Assembly (NCBI GenBank): GCA_013239625.1
Contig: MU054187.1
Coordinates: forward strand, 12,742,974 to 12,806,973
Origin: Lama guanicoe
Lineage: Eukaryota
DNA length: 64,000 nucleotides
Direction: 5' to 3'
Of this stretch, positions 24,874 to 38,999 are shown one piece after another. The notes under the pieces are model-generated. The model was not told the origin of the DNA, searched no databases, and was given only the letters and a program-made list of their open reading frames with translations. A program made the position numbers and the translations under genes. Each line of letters begins with the position of its first letter. Position 1 is the first letter of the stretch.

Positions 24874-25079
24874 TTAGGTTAATGATTTGTTGCTCTGTCA
24901 GTCTTTGGACTTTTGAAGGATAGTGTTTCAGAAGAGATTGTCAATCATGTTTTCAATAACATAGAAATAAACTAGGTGTGTTACTACTTTATTAACTACA
25001 AAGATCTTCCAGGGTTTTGTGTGCATGTGTGTGTGTGTGTCACTGAAAGCATGTCAATAAGTGTTTACCTGCAAACATC

Positions 25080-26130
25080 AAGGGCTGTCACGGAAAATCT
25101 CAGGGCTCAAGAACATGTGCAGGGCACCTGACCTAGCTTGAGCATCAGCCCTGGTCCCTGTGGGAGGGAGACTCTAATGGAGATTGGATGGATCTAGATT
25201 AGCAGGTCAGATGCAAGCAAAAGTGATTCTGCCAGAGGGAGCAGCACGTCAAAGGGACAGAGGTTGTACTGCAAGGTCAGTGAAAGGTGGCTTCAGAGAC
25301 CAAGGTGGATGGTTTGAGATGAGTCTGAAGAGGTGGGCAGGGGTAGGGTCATCGGGCCTTTAGAGCCACTTTAAGGATTTTGGCCTTTATCGTATTGGGT
25401 CACCATTTTCCAGTCTCTACCATCTCCCACCATTACTCGTCAGGACCTCAACCTCTCTTTTGCTGATTGTTCTCAATCACTGGCCTCACGATTCCTCAGC
25501 ATCTCTCACTATTCCTTCACAGCTGGTGTAGATATAGCAGATAGCGCAAAAATTGTTAACGTCGGTGCTGGGTGAAGAGTACTAAGGAAGGGAGCAACAA
25601 GGAAAGGCTCACAGAAAAGGTGATGTTTGATCAGCAGCATTTCTACAGGTAGACATGGGCATTAAAAATCACACCCGGATGCTGCTGTCATTCTGTGCAG
25701 AGTTAGCATTCAGAGGCTTTAACGTAGGGTGAGGGTGTGATCAGTTTGATCTCTTAGGAAGATACCTCTTAGAGGTAATTTGGAGAAAGGACAGAGCAGG
25801 GAGGGACCAGAGACAGCTTCAGTTAGGAATAGGCCTTGATAGTTTAAGTCAGATGTAAGGAGGACACAAAACTCAGGAACTGGGCTGGCAAAAAGAATGC
25901 TAGGTGAAAGAGGTTTTCAAAGAGAAAGATCTATAGGATTTGAGGACCAAGGAAAGGCAAGAGTGACTTACAAGAGTTCTTTCTTTTGGCTAAGAATATG
26001 AATAATGAAGGCAATATAAGAAGTGGTGATGACAGGCGGTAGGATATATTTGGTGGTGAAAAAGGATAGCTGAATGGGGGTGAGGAGGAAGAAAGAATGG
26101 GGGTGATCTTCGAGATATGTTGGGTTCAGT
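25080..26130 (-). mobile_element. Degraded L2 fragments
   Basis: ccagagggagcagcacgtcaaagg, gccactttaaggattttggcctttatc, ataggatttgagg. Confidence 0.5.
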
Positions 26131-26229
26131 ATCTGTGATTAATAGGAATTTCAGACTATCTTTAATTTCCCAACTTCCATCTCCCTCTCTAATACCTCAC
26201 CAGTGACTCATGTCAGTTCATTCAAGGAC

Positions 26230-27000
26230 TTTGGTTGGCAAAGACTTCCAGGTTCACATTTCTCATTTCACTCTCTCTTCTGAGCTCCAGATATGCATGT
26301 CTAGGTTCCTGGCACACATCTATGCCAGATCCGGTGCTCACGGGGACCTCAGATTCAACATATTTAATTGGCCCTCCACGTCCCTTTCAAAGACCCCTGT
26401 CTCAGGTAAAGTGAGATGATGCTTTGAGGCATTATTTTCAGTACCTCCTCTATCATGCCTACATCCAAAATCATTGCCAAGTTCAGATGATTACATGTCT
26501 AAGACTTGCTAAATCTTGTTTCCCTTCTTCCTTATTTACACTACCCTTGTCTTAGTTTGCGCCTTCAATATGACTCAGCTGTCCTCTCCACCACATGTCT
26601 CTCCTAATTCTGTTCCATCCTGCACGTGGACACCCAACTCATTCTCTCAAAGCTCAAATCATCTAATCATGTTTTTTCTAGGCAAGCAATAACAACACCA
26701 ACCAACTGGCCAAAAGACAACAACAAAACCACACACACACAACTTTGATAATTCTCCTTTGCCTAACAGAATGTCCAGTTTATTTTCAAAGAAGATGTGT
26801 TTTTTCTTGCTTTGTTTCCAGCCCACTTTTTCCCATTTCCTTCCAGCAGGCAGTTTCTTGCACCCAGTGCTCCATTCAACGTAATCCACATGCTGTTTTT
26901 CTCTGTAATTAAACCGCTCACCTCTGTAACCTATGCAGTACCTGAAACACTGCTCGGAGCATGGTGGGCACTCAACAGATGCATTTGTATTTGGAACTGA
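26230..27000 (+). mobile_element. Degraded L2 fragments
   Basis: ctctcttctgagctccagat...cctcagattcaacat; 3' end acactgctcggagcatggtgggcactcaacagatgcatttg. Confidence 0.55.
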
Positions 27001-27334
27001 GGTAATGATAGCTGTGTCTGAGTGAATGGAGAATTCCCATTCTTTTAGGGGATGGAGCAAAACAGCAGCAAAAAAGGTATAAGATTTACTTCCTTTTAAA
27101 GATTCATTAACATTTAAAAATAAGTTAAAAAGGTACTATTAGAATGTGTGTCCCTCATCAGAGTGAAGGAATGCTTTTACTCTGAAGCTTGGATTGAAGT
27201 AAAGTAGAGCCCTCAGGTTCTAGACTTCTTCTTGGTTTATAAATAGTTTTATAGATTTGTACACTTTGTTTGTAGGGGTGACATGGGCAGCTGATGGAAT
27301 GTATCACTCGAATTTATTGTTTGTTAGTCCATTC

Positions 27335-27402
27335 TTTTTTATTTTTAATTGAAGTACAGTCAATTATAATGTGTCAATTCCTGATGTACAGCACAATGTC
27401 CC
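27335..27402 (-). mobile_element. Very short LINE-1 3' tip
   Basis: tttttaattgaagtacagtcaattataatgtgtcaattcctgatgtacagcacaatgtccca. Confidence 0.75.
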
Positions 27403-27407
27403 AATAA

Positions 27408-27520
27408 TTTTTTTCTTCTTCTCCCCTCTTCCTTCTTCTTCCTCCTCCTCCCTCTCCCTCCCTCTCCCCACCTCCTCTCCCTCTTCTCTCCCTCTCTCCC
27501 TTCTTTTTCTTCTTCTTCCT
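27408..27520. repeat. CT-rich polypyrimidine low-complexity tract
   Basis: ~110 nt almost entirely C/T. Confidence 0.9.
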
Positions 27521-30500
27521 ACATTATGTAGCAATTTATTCCTCTTCTTTCCTGAGGAAGTTAAAGTTGTTAATTAGATTATGCCCAATATGTGCTTTGA
27601 TCACTTCAGAAATGCAGTAAGTACAATTAAATTTTAAATGTCCCCAAATACACAAGATAATGATACAGATAAGTGGAGTACTAAATCCCCAAGCCTCATT
27701 TTAGGACATTTAGCTTCAACATTCCCCCATACTAAACCTTTTAGGAGTTCTGTTGTAAATAGTGGAATGGTGTGCTTTATGTCTTAAACCCTTCTTTCCT
27801 TAGTGTCAGGAAAATATGTAATTATAAAAGAAAACTAGAAACAATACCCACAAGAAAAGCCATCAGTGTTCTAAAAACTGGAGATTCAGATACTGATCAA
27901 GTTGACTATAAGTACTAGATTATGTAGAAAAAATGTTCTGACTAATTTTCCTAATTTCCATTGAGCAACACTTGTTTAGAATCCAGGAATATTTAGGGGT
28001 CTTCATTTCATGGCTGCAAGAGTGACCCAGAAAACAGTGATTTGTCCAATACCCCACGGTTACCTGGTGGCATTGGTGGGGTATCATATGGGTGAGCAGT
28101 AATTTCTAACTTACAGTTGGGGTGACCATTTCTACAACATTTCCCGGAATGTGGAGGAAGCTCATCAAAGGTCACGATGTGTATAATAATGCTGCATAGT
28201 TGAGATTGCTCTGAATGCCACGTTTGTACTTTCTTCTCTGGGCCAATGAGCTGGTGATGGGGGCAAGGATGGTAACAATGGCCATCAGAACTCACTCTCT
28301 CCCTGAACTTTCAGAGAACCACCTTTCATACATTATATATTTCAGATTATATTTGAAAACTGAAGCTTGGCTGAATAGATAAATAGAAGTCTAGGGAGCT
28401 TTTGTCTTTTTCTGTCTGCTGAGTGTGGTCAGGTCTTCTCAGTGATCTTATGAACAATAAATAGTTTAATTTTTTTCTTTTTCTAACAATCAGTCTGAGG
28501 TGTAGATGAACTTCTCATGTGGCTAAAGCTTGTATATCATTGTAATAAGAGACTCATTAAAAACTTTCTAGAAACAAGTTCTTAATGTATACTTGCTGAG
28601 GAAAGTAAATTAATCATACATGCCAGCTATTTAATATTGTAATTAGGTGTATTTATAGATGTATCATCGATGTGACACTAACACTTATTGGTAATGGATA
28701 CATCATTAATGATCATTGATACTCTGAGGATCTTGCTTCGGTCTTATTAATGCTTTATTGTGGAAAGGTGGAAAGTTCATTAGACCGTATGTACATGCAT
28801 ATGTGTATATAAAATATATGTATTTTTAGGCTGAGATAAATGTTCCTACATTTTCTTTCTTAGCTGTTTTCACAACATATAATGATGCTTTTTTAGAGCT
28901 TTAGAGAGAATAAATGATGCCGTTGGGGGAAGAAGTGCATTGTAAGGAGGGAGACGGGGTCATGTGAGGGAAAGGGGCAGAGGGACAGTGAGAAGGAGAG
29001 GTCAGTGGAGATGTGTGTGAGAGACCTGAGTGTGACCTGAGGGGCGTTTGAGGCCCTTACCTCACCAGTTACCTCTCATCGCTTCTTCAGTATCACTACA
29101 CAAAATTCAAAATTAAGTAGCAGCCAAGGTCAGACAGGACTAGCAGGAGGCTGTTTTCTTTCCATTACAGTAAGACCTTCTCTTTTCATTCAGCCCTTTA
29201 TTGCTTCATTTTGTCTTTCCATTGCTTGAAGCTGTTGCTTGCTGTGTTATCTGTGGAGTAGAAACACTATCTCTGATTTTAGAACTAGAACCCTGATCAT
29301 ATACGAATGAGCACAAAAGTGGTGCTATCCATGCTTTCAAGGGCAATTCATCTGTTAGGCTGACACCCAGGGACTCATCTTTCCAAAAAAGAAAAAGAAA
29401 AAAAAAAAGACCAGAATAAACACATTCTCTACCATTCTGTAACTTCAGGGGTATTTTACTAACTAGGTAAAACCCTTCAAAATTAGACGTTAAATGAATC
29501 TTATTTCATTCTGATTAATTTGAAGAAACAGCACTAGTTTCTGCAGAACTCCTTTCTCCAATAGATTATTTGTGTGCAAAATTTAGAAGAACATATTAAG
29601 TTATTCAGGAGCATGAGTACTTGGCGGGGGGTGGGCAGTGTGGAGTACTTGGCGTGGGCAGTGTGGCTTCTGTTTTGTTATGCTGTTTAGTTTTAATGCC
29701 AAATTGTTTTATGAAAATCCCATTGTTGTGAATTCACTCATGCAGAATCTATTTGGTTGTAGGCCATGTTGGTTTACATTAATATTATTTTCATTATTGA
29801 ATAAGTAAGGATCTTTTCAGAGGTTTGATAGTCTGTTTCAAGGAAGCTTTTTTCCCAAACATGCCTCAAAGGCTCATAGGACTATTTTTTTCATGTGTGA
29901 TGTATTTATTTGTGTTGGTTTGCATGGATATAGCGATGATTTGCATGGGGAAATGAGGAGATGTGTTAAAGCAGCCATCTCTGTGAAGCATGGTAATAAA
30001 TGTCTTCTTAGCTGTCTTTTCCCCTTAGTTAACAGATTCTTTTGAAAAAGTCAGTGGATGGTCATTACCTTAAATTCTGGGTATGCTAATTTCCTGCCAT
30101 TTTTTTCTCCAAAATCTGCCTGACTGTTAAATTCTCTTCTTCCCAAATTATTCTTATAGAGAGAAGCTTCTTGAATATATAAAGGCAAATATAAGATGTC
30201 TTTTCTTTAAAACATAAGGGTAAAGCAGCCCAAATAAAGACTGTAAGAATAGAAAATGTATCTTTAAAATTAATCTAGGAGCAGAAGATAGATCAAATGT
30301 TTCCAATTTATCCTGGAATTTGACATATGGCCTATTTACAATAGAAGATAATTGGGGTCAAACCCAATGGCCTTGGGGATTCTTTTGACCACCCACCTTG
30401 CTGAGGGCCGACTTCCCAGTGTCAGGTAGCAGGTGCTATGGGTGGACTCACGGCTTTTAATCATTTTCTGTAAGTCTCATCAATGTTTTTTGGTTTGTTT

Positions 30501-32669
30501 TGCTGCTTTTCTGTTTTAACTTGCTGTATTTCTTAGCCTAAACGCTATGAGAGTTTTACACAACTATGACTGGAATAATTATTTCCTAATTTCTTTGACA
30601 TACTATTTGAATTTAAATACACCTCAATGGAGAGAAGCTAATGGGAAACTTGACTTTCCCCGAAACTTCTACAAATCTTAGAGATATGCGTATTCATATA
30701 GGTGTGGCTTAGAGGTATACAGTCAGGGTAGATGTATGTATGCTGTGTGTGTGTGAGGGGACAGATGTAATTATATCTCTTCTGATCTTACTGGAACTAC
30801 TACCAGCTATTAAGGCAAGAAGAACTCCCATAGTGATTTGAGGCTGATAAACTTTAGCCCATTTGCTCACATGTTTTGCCCTTGAACCAGCCTCAGTGTG
30901 TATATTTCTGTTCATATGTATTTAGCTCTGAGAATCCTTGGCTTTGTCATTTTCTAAATAGAGGATTTTTTTTTTTCTGAGCTTTGGGGGAATTTATTGA
31001 GAGCAGCTTTCATACACTAAGACGATGCTGAGCTTTTCCCCATCACTGGCAGTTGTCAAAGCTGGTGGCCCCTTGATTGCCACTAGTGTGAGGTGTGAAG
31101 ATTTGAAGTGTATTAGTTTTGAATAAAGAATCTGAAAGAATAGATCTGATATGATCACAAAGTATCTCATGATTTTGTAAGCTAGTTGCTTTTCCTTTAC
31201 ATTTCAAAGTTTATTGATTCCATGCCTAATAATGAACTCACATGCAGTATAATTTTTATCGAATGTAGATAAAGATTAAACTCAATGGGAAAATTTACCT
31301 GATGTCATCCTTTTCTCCTTGTGTACATTTTTATTCACTTAACAAGTATGAAATGAATGTCTGCAAGTGAGATGGAAAAACAGGTGGCATGCATGCTATA
31401 CTTTCTCCTCTTGAGCTCAGAGCAGACATCACTAATCAATCATCTGCAGTCTTGCTTGGTGTAGTCTAGTCATGAATTCACAATCTTTCTCTGTGTACTT
31501 CTCCCTAGACAGACACTGCCACTAAAGTGGAAATGGGAAATAAGACATTTGTTATTCCTACTTTGTTATTTACTCAGCTCCGTTCTAGGCATTGCTGGGA
31601 AACACGAGTGTGAGACATAATTCTTTAAAGAGCTTGTAGTGTATTTAAAGAAAAGCAAACAAACAAACAAAACAATTAAGAGAGCAGCATAAGGCTTTAA
31701 AATTCAACTTAAAATGAATGGTAATTAGAAGAGGGAAATATTTTAATCATCTGTCATATATTTAATCAACACAGCAATAATGTTTTATTTATTCTGATCC
31801 AGTAGTTCGAAACTCTATCTGTTCATTTCTTCAATTTATCAATAATTCACGGCCTGTGGATAGCTCTTGAAGAGCAGCTCTGTGTCCTTGAACACAATTT
31901 CTTAGATGTTTTGAAGACAATTTTGCTTCCTTTGTTCCTCTGTGTTACCTTCATTTCAGGATTAACTTGGCTAAAGATCAGAAGATAGACAGCCTAGTCA
32001 AAAGTTACAATGTGTTAATAAATAAATGTTTATGTTCAGAGATGTCTGTGAAGAGCTAATGAAAAGCTGAACTTAAAATAAAATCTCCTTAAATCGGATT
32101 AATTTGGAATTTATGATAATCTGGTCAGGGCCTGGGTAGATGGTGACCAGTCTGTTAAGTATTTGAAAGGATTTAGAAAATGTTAATGCTGCAAATAAAG
32201 TTATAAGACAAAGTCCATAATGATGTTAGAGTATTGTTTTTAACAACTTTAGAAGCATCTGCTTTATTTTTTACAGTATAATTGCATGTAATCAGAGGTT
32301 TCCCTTTTGAATTCTCTTTTGATACAGTAATTATAAATGCTACTCATTAGTAAACTATGACCTTTTCTAGGCATTGTTTCTTGACCTCGTTCAAATTCCA
32401 TTGTGTACTTAGAAGTAATCATAACATTTCATTAAAAAATTTATAATTCAGAAATCAGGCAAATGTATTGGCTTCTCCTTATATAGTATGAGGCACTGTC
32501 TTGGTGCTGGTGGTTTTCTTTATCTTATTTCCTTTAAAAAAAATTGTTTCCCCAATCATACTTTAAACTCCAAAAAGAGGCATAGGATCCTAAAGGTCCT
32601 GGAAACCAGATGGCTTAAAATTAGATATCTAGATGGCATTAGGGTCCTAGCTCCACCTCCTTCAGGAGT

Positions 32670-32870
32670 GAGGGAGGCAGTAGAAAAACTAAGAACTTTG
32701 ATGTCCATCAGACCCAAGGCCAGGTCTCAGGTTGGCCTTGCTCTCTAGGTGTGTAGATGCAGGAACTAAACTCATTTCTTCATTTATGAAATGAGGATAA
32801 TTCCTGCCATCAAGGGGCTAGTCAGTCATGATTTAGTATAATAATTTTTGTAAAGAATTTGGCATAGGAC
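32670..32870 (+). mobile_element. MIR SINE
   Basis: ctcatttcttcatttatgaaatgaggataattcctgcc. Confidence 0.5.
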
Positions 32871-33897
32871 TGTATATTAGATAATATACTTTTGGTTATA
32901 AGAAAAGTAAACCGATTCCAGCTAACTTCACATAAAATCAACTTATTATAGTTTCTCTGTCTCTGTCTCTCTGTCTCTTTCAAATCTAAAGTTATTGCTA
33001 CATCTTGGGCAGAGAACATATCAGGGCAATGTTGGGGTTCTCAGCAGTAGGATTGCATGATTATTTTCTACAAGGGTTTACATTAATAAGGCTCAGGTTT
33101 AGCCAGTCTCTGGTTACATTCCTGAGGGAGAGACTCCCATGAGCTCATCTAGGTCGGGTATAGATCAATCAACTTTGGCCGGGAAGTGTGGAAACACTGA
33201 TGACGTAGCTCCTGGGGCCCCACTCTGTGTGTAAAGTGTGCCTCCCTCAGAGGGGGAGTCAGGCAGCGAACCATTTACTGTGTTCCACCATACAGCTCCT
33301 GATGCACCTGCTCTTGCTCGTGCATTTGTGTTCACACAAGCCCACCCTACCTTCTCCTATTTTCAGATGTAAACTGCTATTTGGTTAGAATTAAACTGAT
33401 TAATCTAACTTCCCTCTGAAATCTTCAGTGGAGTCCAAGCAGAACCTAACTGCTCAAAGGCAAGGAAACTTGGGGTGCCATCCAGAATCATAGATTAAAT
33501 TTGAGTCTTAGAACTGATTTTCTGGACCTTTCCATTCAGGTAGTAGTCTAGAGTCTGGCCTCTGTAGAGGTACAGTGGAGATTTCTGAATTCCTTTATCT
33601 ACCATTAGCCTATCAACATCATGGCCACCTCTGAGTCATAGAATTTCTTCTGTAATGTAGAGGAAAAGCCCAAGAGAGCTGGAGGATTTAACTGCAAGTC
33701 CACCCTTTCTGGCCACAGGTATTGTGAGGAGACAGACACATTTAAGGGAAGCATGGAATGAAACACGAGTTGCCCTATTTCTCTCTCAGACCAAAGTTCA
33801 GAAGAAAGGAGACCATCATATCAGTTGATGGGGATTTGAGGGTAGAGTGGATTTTATCATGTTCATATCTGGGAGTCTGGGAAGAGGTGGCCCTAAG

Positions 33898-34084
33898 CAG
33901 TGGTTCTCAAAGTGTGGTCCCAGGATTACCAGTAATCAGTATTGCCTGGGAACTTGGTGGAAATGCAGATTATCGTGCCCCACTCTAGACCTACTGAATC
34001 TGAAACTGTGTGATGAGGCTCGGCAGTCTGTGTTTTAACAACCCCTACAGATGTTCTGATGATAGCCTAAGTCTGAGAACTACG
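33898..34084 (+). mobile_element. MER5A (hAT-Charlie)
   Basis: cagtggttctcaaagtgtggtccc...gaaatgcagatt...agacctactgaatc...tgtgttttaacaa...tgagaac. Confidence 0.88.
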
Positions 34085-35257
34085 ACCCCTCTCCTCCTTC
34101 CCTGCCTGTCTCTGCTGCCTCTATTTAGGGCAGAGGAGATTGGAACCAGAGACAAGTTTGTTCCCCAAAGGCCCTTGAGATTCTGCACGTATAAGATAAT
34201 TGTGGTCTTCTGACTGTGTACCACTGGCATCACAGTACACAGAGGTGCCCTATGGAGGCTCCTCAGGTTTCAACTGTATTCCTCTTACATCCTGTGGGGA
34301 AGTAGCAACCATATTTTCCCCATGCAATGAGAAATACTCTAGCAAAACAAAGATCTGTGACCCCTTACCCCGAACTTCTGAAATGGCATATGGAAGACTT
34401 GCCTTCTAATGCAGTGGAATCATTATTTGTCTCTAGGAAGAAGCATTCCTCTTTTGGACACTAAAGTCTTCAATCAATAGAGTTTAAAATCTTGGCCATG
34501 AAGCAGTTACTTTGCAGATGAATCATTAGGTACATTTATGAGAAGCACCAGCTCCACCTACCCAGACGGCTTCCCAGATTTCTTATATTCTGACCATTAA
34601 AGAAATGGCAATATATTTGGGCTGTAGGCCTACAGTATACATTGCATCCCTCAAGACAGTATCCCAGAATCATCACTATAGCTGAGTCATAAGGTCAGTG
34701 TCATCTTTCTAAAAAATCATCTACCTCTGCATGACAATGAAAATGAGAAGACTACAAATTCATAGGGATGAGCCCGTTACCACACTATGTAAGAAGTCAA
34801 AGCAGTGTGTAAGGGATTCAGTAAATCCATGTGCAGAAATGATGGTGGTTTATCAGCCATGCAGCCTACAGCATTCTGTTATAGCAGCCTGAACACACAG
34901 GAAATAACTAAGACAGTAAATAACAAGTAGTGAACCGAGGGGTACAAGTTGGGGACACCAGGAATGACTGTGGAGGAATTCCTCAACCACAAGGCTTCTT
35001 TTAAGTAAACAGGGGTTTAAGAGGGTCAGTATTATCAGGTGGGGCATTCTCTGACTTGGGGACCTAGTACCAGACATCAGCAAGAACGTAGAACTGAATT
35101 CTACTTTGAATAGCAAGAGCCTAGAAAACTGAAATTATTTGTCCAAGGTTATGCAAGTGACTACTGTCAGATTGAGAGCTAGTATTCCTCCCAAACTAGC
35201 CATTCATTAGGACAGATCCAGCACAGGGAAATATAGCCATTATTTTGTAATGGTTTT

Positions 35258-35353
35258 AAGGGGATATAATATATACAAATATTGAATCACTATGCTGTAC
35301 ACCTGAAACTAACATAATGTTATAAATCAACTGTGTTTCAATTTAAAAAAAAT
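35258..35353 (+). mobile_element. Short LINE-1 3' tip
   Basis: gaatcactatgctgtacacctgaaactaacataatgttataaatcaact...aaaaaaaa. Confidence 0.8.
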
Positions 35354-37672
35354 AGGCAGCTGGTTTTCACTGATGACCAACATGTTCACAAAAGTCATTC
35401 CAGGGAGCAACACAAAAGCAGTGACATCAGCATATAACAAAATGAAATTCTTTCTGGGATAATTAATTACAGAAATTGTAGTCATACAATGGCTCAAACT
35501 TCAGTGATCCCAAAATCTAATTTTCATAATCCCATCAGCAGTATCACTTTACATTTCCAGTGACCAGTTTAATAGTAAGGAGTGATAGTCAGCTATAAAA
35601 TTATCAAGATTTCATTGCTTTTACAAAAAGCACTAGAAAGCAGTTCCTGGCATGTTACAAAATATCATAATTAAAATATATCTACTTATTACAATAGCAG
35701 GATAGTGATGCCATAGCCTAGTTGTTTATTTCCTTTAGTAACAGTCATTTGTAAAATTCAATAACTTCCAGACGTTAACTGTCATTAATACAAAATGGAA
35801 TACCATATATGATTAATGACAAAAGAGAAAATGGGGCATTGACTATATATTTTACTGAAAGATAAGAATGTCTTCATTTGGGAATAAGCAATTCGGAAAT
35901 GAATCAATATTTTGCTAGCATTCAGTTGGAGTATTGTTTTGGGGACAATTACTGAAGTTCTACTTATGAGTAAATTACAGTTATATTCATCATTGAAATG
36001 TTGGTTGAATCTGTCTCTATTATTGAAAATATCAATATGAAAGTCAAACATCAAAATTCAAAAACCTTTTCACTTGTTTTAATATTAGTAGCTTCATTTG
36101 AACAGAGAACATGTAATCCAGCCTCGACAAACTGTGTACCAAGAAACTATGATGAATTTGCAAATTATTTTTCCCAACTATGGACAATATCCAGCATTTG
36201 ATTTTTTTTTTTTAAAGATCACTTGATTTTGGAATTGACTTTGGAATCAGCTTTCCTGGGTTCTTCAGGGTGGTGAAAGAATTAATGGGGCACCATACTG
36301 TTTTTCATCGTCTCCTGATGGGAGTGTCTTCCAACAACCTAATATCCTATTTTGCTTTCTCCAGGCCACCTAATTTTTATCCATGTCCTTAATTGCTCCG
36401 GCCATTGGCACCATATGTGTCAGCCCACAAGGAACAACGTCAGTATCATTTGCTGCAACATGATCCTCGCTCCAGGTGGTTTCATGGCAAGATGAACAAA
36501 GGCGAATGAGAAAGTAATTTATTTTTTAAAAACCAGAATGCCAGTTTACTAATGGACAGTTAGAATTGTAACTGTCACACAGACTAAAATATGCATCAGT
36601 AAGAGTTGGGCTGATAGGAATATTCTGGTATGTGTGACAGTTATGATTGTTATTGTAGCTTATGAGTTTGTAAGCATGTAGGCTGGTGTATAAGGAAAGC
36701 CAACTTTCATCCAAAGAGTGAGTAAAGGAAAAATTTTAATTTGAACATTAGTAGTATCAGGCTGATAAAACCTGGGGCCATAGCCATTTCCAAATGGGGT
36801 GAGCCTATTATAATTTTAGAATAGAGTCCTATTGTGCACCTGAAAGTTAAGAGATTGTTATTTAATCACATTATGTCAAAAATAATCTAAATTTTACATG
36901 TAGGGGACTACAGCAATAATATTTTGGCATATCTAATTATCTGTTCAAGGTTGTAGTTCCTGAAACATAGGGACATTAAAGATTAAAATCAACACTTTGA
37001 ATCTTGGAATAGAATAGTCAGCCAACATGGTGCGCAAAGCACTGACTCATCTCAAGTCATATTTGATGATACATCTCAGAATAAAGAATTTATATTTCAC
37101 TTTATGTGTTGAAAGCAGATATTAGCACTTTGGCATGACAATTTTAGTGCATGCATTTTTATTTTATTATTTTAACTAGCTCGCCAAATTCTTATTGACT
37201 TTATAACAAAATCCACAGTCTAAACAAATAGTATTTATTAAAATTAACCCAGTATTTACATTAACATTTTATTGTGTACCTGAAAGACCACACACAAACA
37301 TAGATTAGTAATTTGAATCCATTTGTGAAAACGACTTATATATTTGACTATATCTAAATAGCCAGCATTTCATCTATGATGTTGGTGATGTCTTACTTTC
37401 CTAGGCATTGTGCAACAGTCCTGAGCGCTGAGAAGTCTGACGTTACGTTTTGAACATGGATGTGACTTTTTGGGAAGGTGAGAGGGAGTATTATTGCCCT
37501 CCTGTAAAAAACAGACACAGACACAGACAAATACACATAGTTTTTCTGACCATTTTTAAAGACACAGAGAAAGAGTTGATGAGGAGTAAACAAGATGGTA
37601 AAATGATTTTGAGTGATACCATGTCCTTTAAAACAAATCACTTAAGTTGCGTTAACAAGCAGGAAGTTAGTC

Positions 37673-37896
37673 CAGTTGACCCTTAAACAACGGGGGGTGG
37701 GGAGGTTAGAGGGGCTGACCCTCTGCATGGTGGAAAATCCGCATATAACTTTTATCGTCCCTCCTTACCTGTAATTCCACATCCGCAGATTCAACCGACC
37801 AGCAGATCCTATAGTACTATGGTATTTACTACTGAAAAAAAACCATGTATTAGGGGACCTGTGCAGTTTAAATCTGTGTTGTTCAGGGGTCAACTG
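37673..37896. mobile_element. Tigger2a/MER8-like MITE (TcMar-Tigger)
   Basis: Terminal inverted repeats cagttgacccttaaacaac ... gttgttcaggggtcaactg; internal aaaatccgcatataact, gattcaacc. Confidence 0.9.
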
Positions 37897-38999
37897 TGTA
37901 TTGAAAAAGCAGTGCAACTGACTTCAGATCATCTGTCTTAATTCATCCATTTGTTCATGCCTCCACTCATCTACTAACATACCCTATCAGGGTCCATTCA
38001 GAGATAGATGAAAATTGGTCCTTACTGTTGACAAGTGCACAGTCAAGACAGGAAAATTATTTAATCCTTTAAGCAGAGAATATTACTTTAGGTCATTGGT
38101 CTTAGCTTGTTCTTATATTATTGTGTAGTGTGATCCTTCCCCCTTTCAACTTAGGTTTCTATTCACTATAGCTCTAATTTTTTGTTTTAATGCTTTGCCT
38201 TCCTTCGCTGCATTCATTACTTCTCATTGAATTTCTCTGGATACATCTTCTGATAGGTAATTTGCCCTCTTCTTGGTTTTACTCTTTGATGTTTCTTAAT
38301 TGTTCTCTTCTGGACCTCACAGCCGTCCATTGCTTGGTTACCCACCCTCTCCTAAACTTCCTGCCTCTGATGGGGTCTGGCTTGTGTTTTACTGGAAGGT
38401 AAACCATGAACCAGAAGGATAGGGACCTGGGTCCAGATAAAGATGGTGACCATGGTTGCAATAACCATCACCATAGGCTGATGTTTCCCTTAGGGGAAGG
38501 GCTTTCAGAAGTCATAGTTTTAAAAGATGAGTGGATTAGTTAGTCCCTGCCAAAAACTGTCAAGATGCAGAAAGAGAAGGAGAAGGGTTTGGAGGAGATT
38601 GAGATTACTTTGGCAGTTTTCCAGAGTGTAACTTTAGGATAAAAATGCTTATAGACTTTTTAAATTGAGTTTTACTGTATATGATGAGATAGAACCTTTT
38701 CCTCAATAAAACTGAAGGCATTCCAGTAGTCTCTGGGACATTGGAGTTGGTTTTATTTGGATGGAGCAATGTACTGAGACCAGCCTTAAAGAGAGAAAAG
38801 GTGTCTGGTTGTATTCAGGACGACTGCACTGTGGTGGCATCCTGGTCAACTTCGACTTACTCCCTGACACTGTTCCTGACATGATAAATCATAGTTGCTA
38901 TTAATAGTTCAAGGAATGACACATTTTTTTTCTTGAACATTGGGATCCTTCAGGGTAAATGTTGCTAAACTTCTGATCACGATGTTTAGCAGGAATTTG

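Noticed and set aside
36365..36475. 111-nt + strand exon-like segment
   Set aside because: Weak donor (gtggtt) and an unrecognisable peptide
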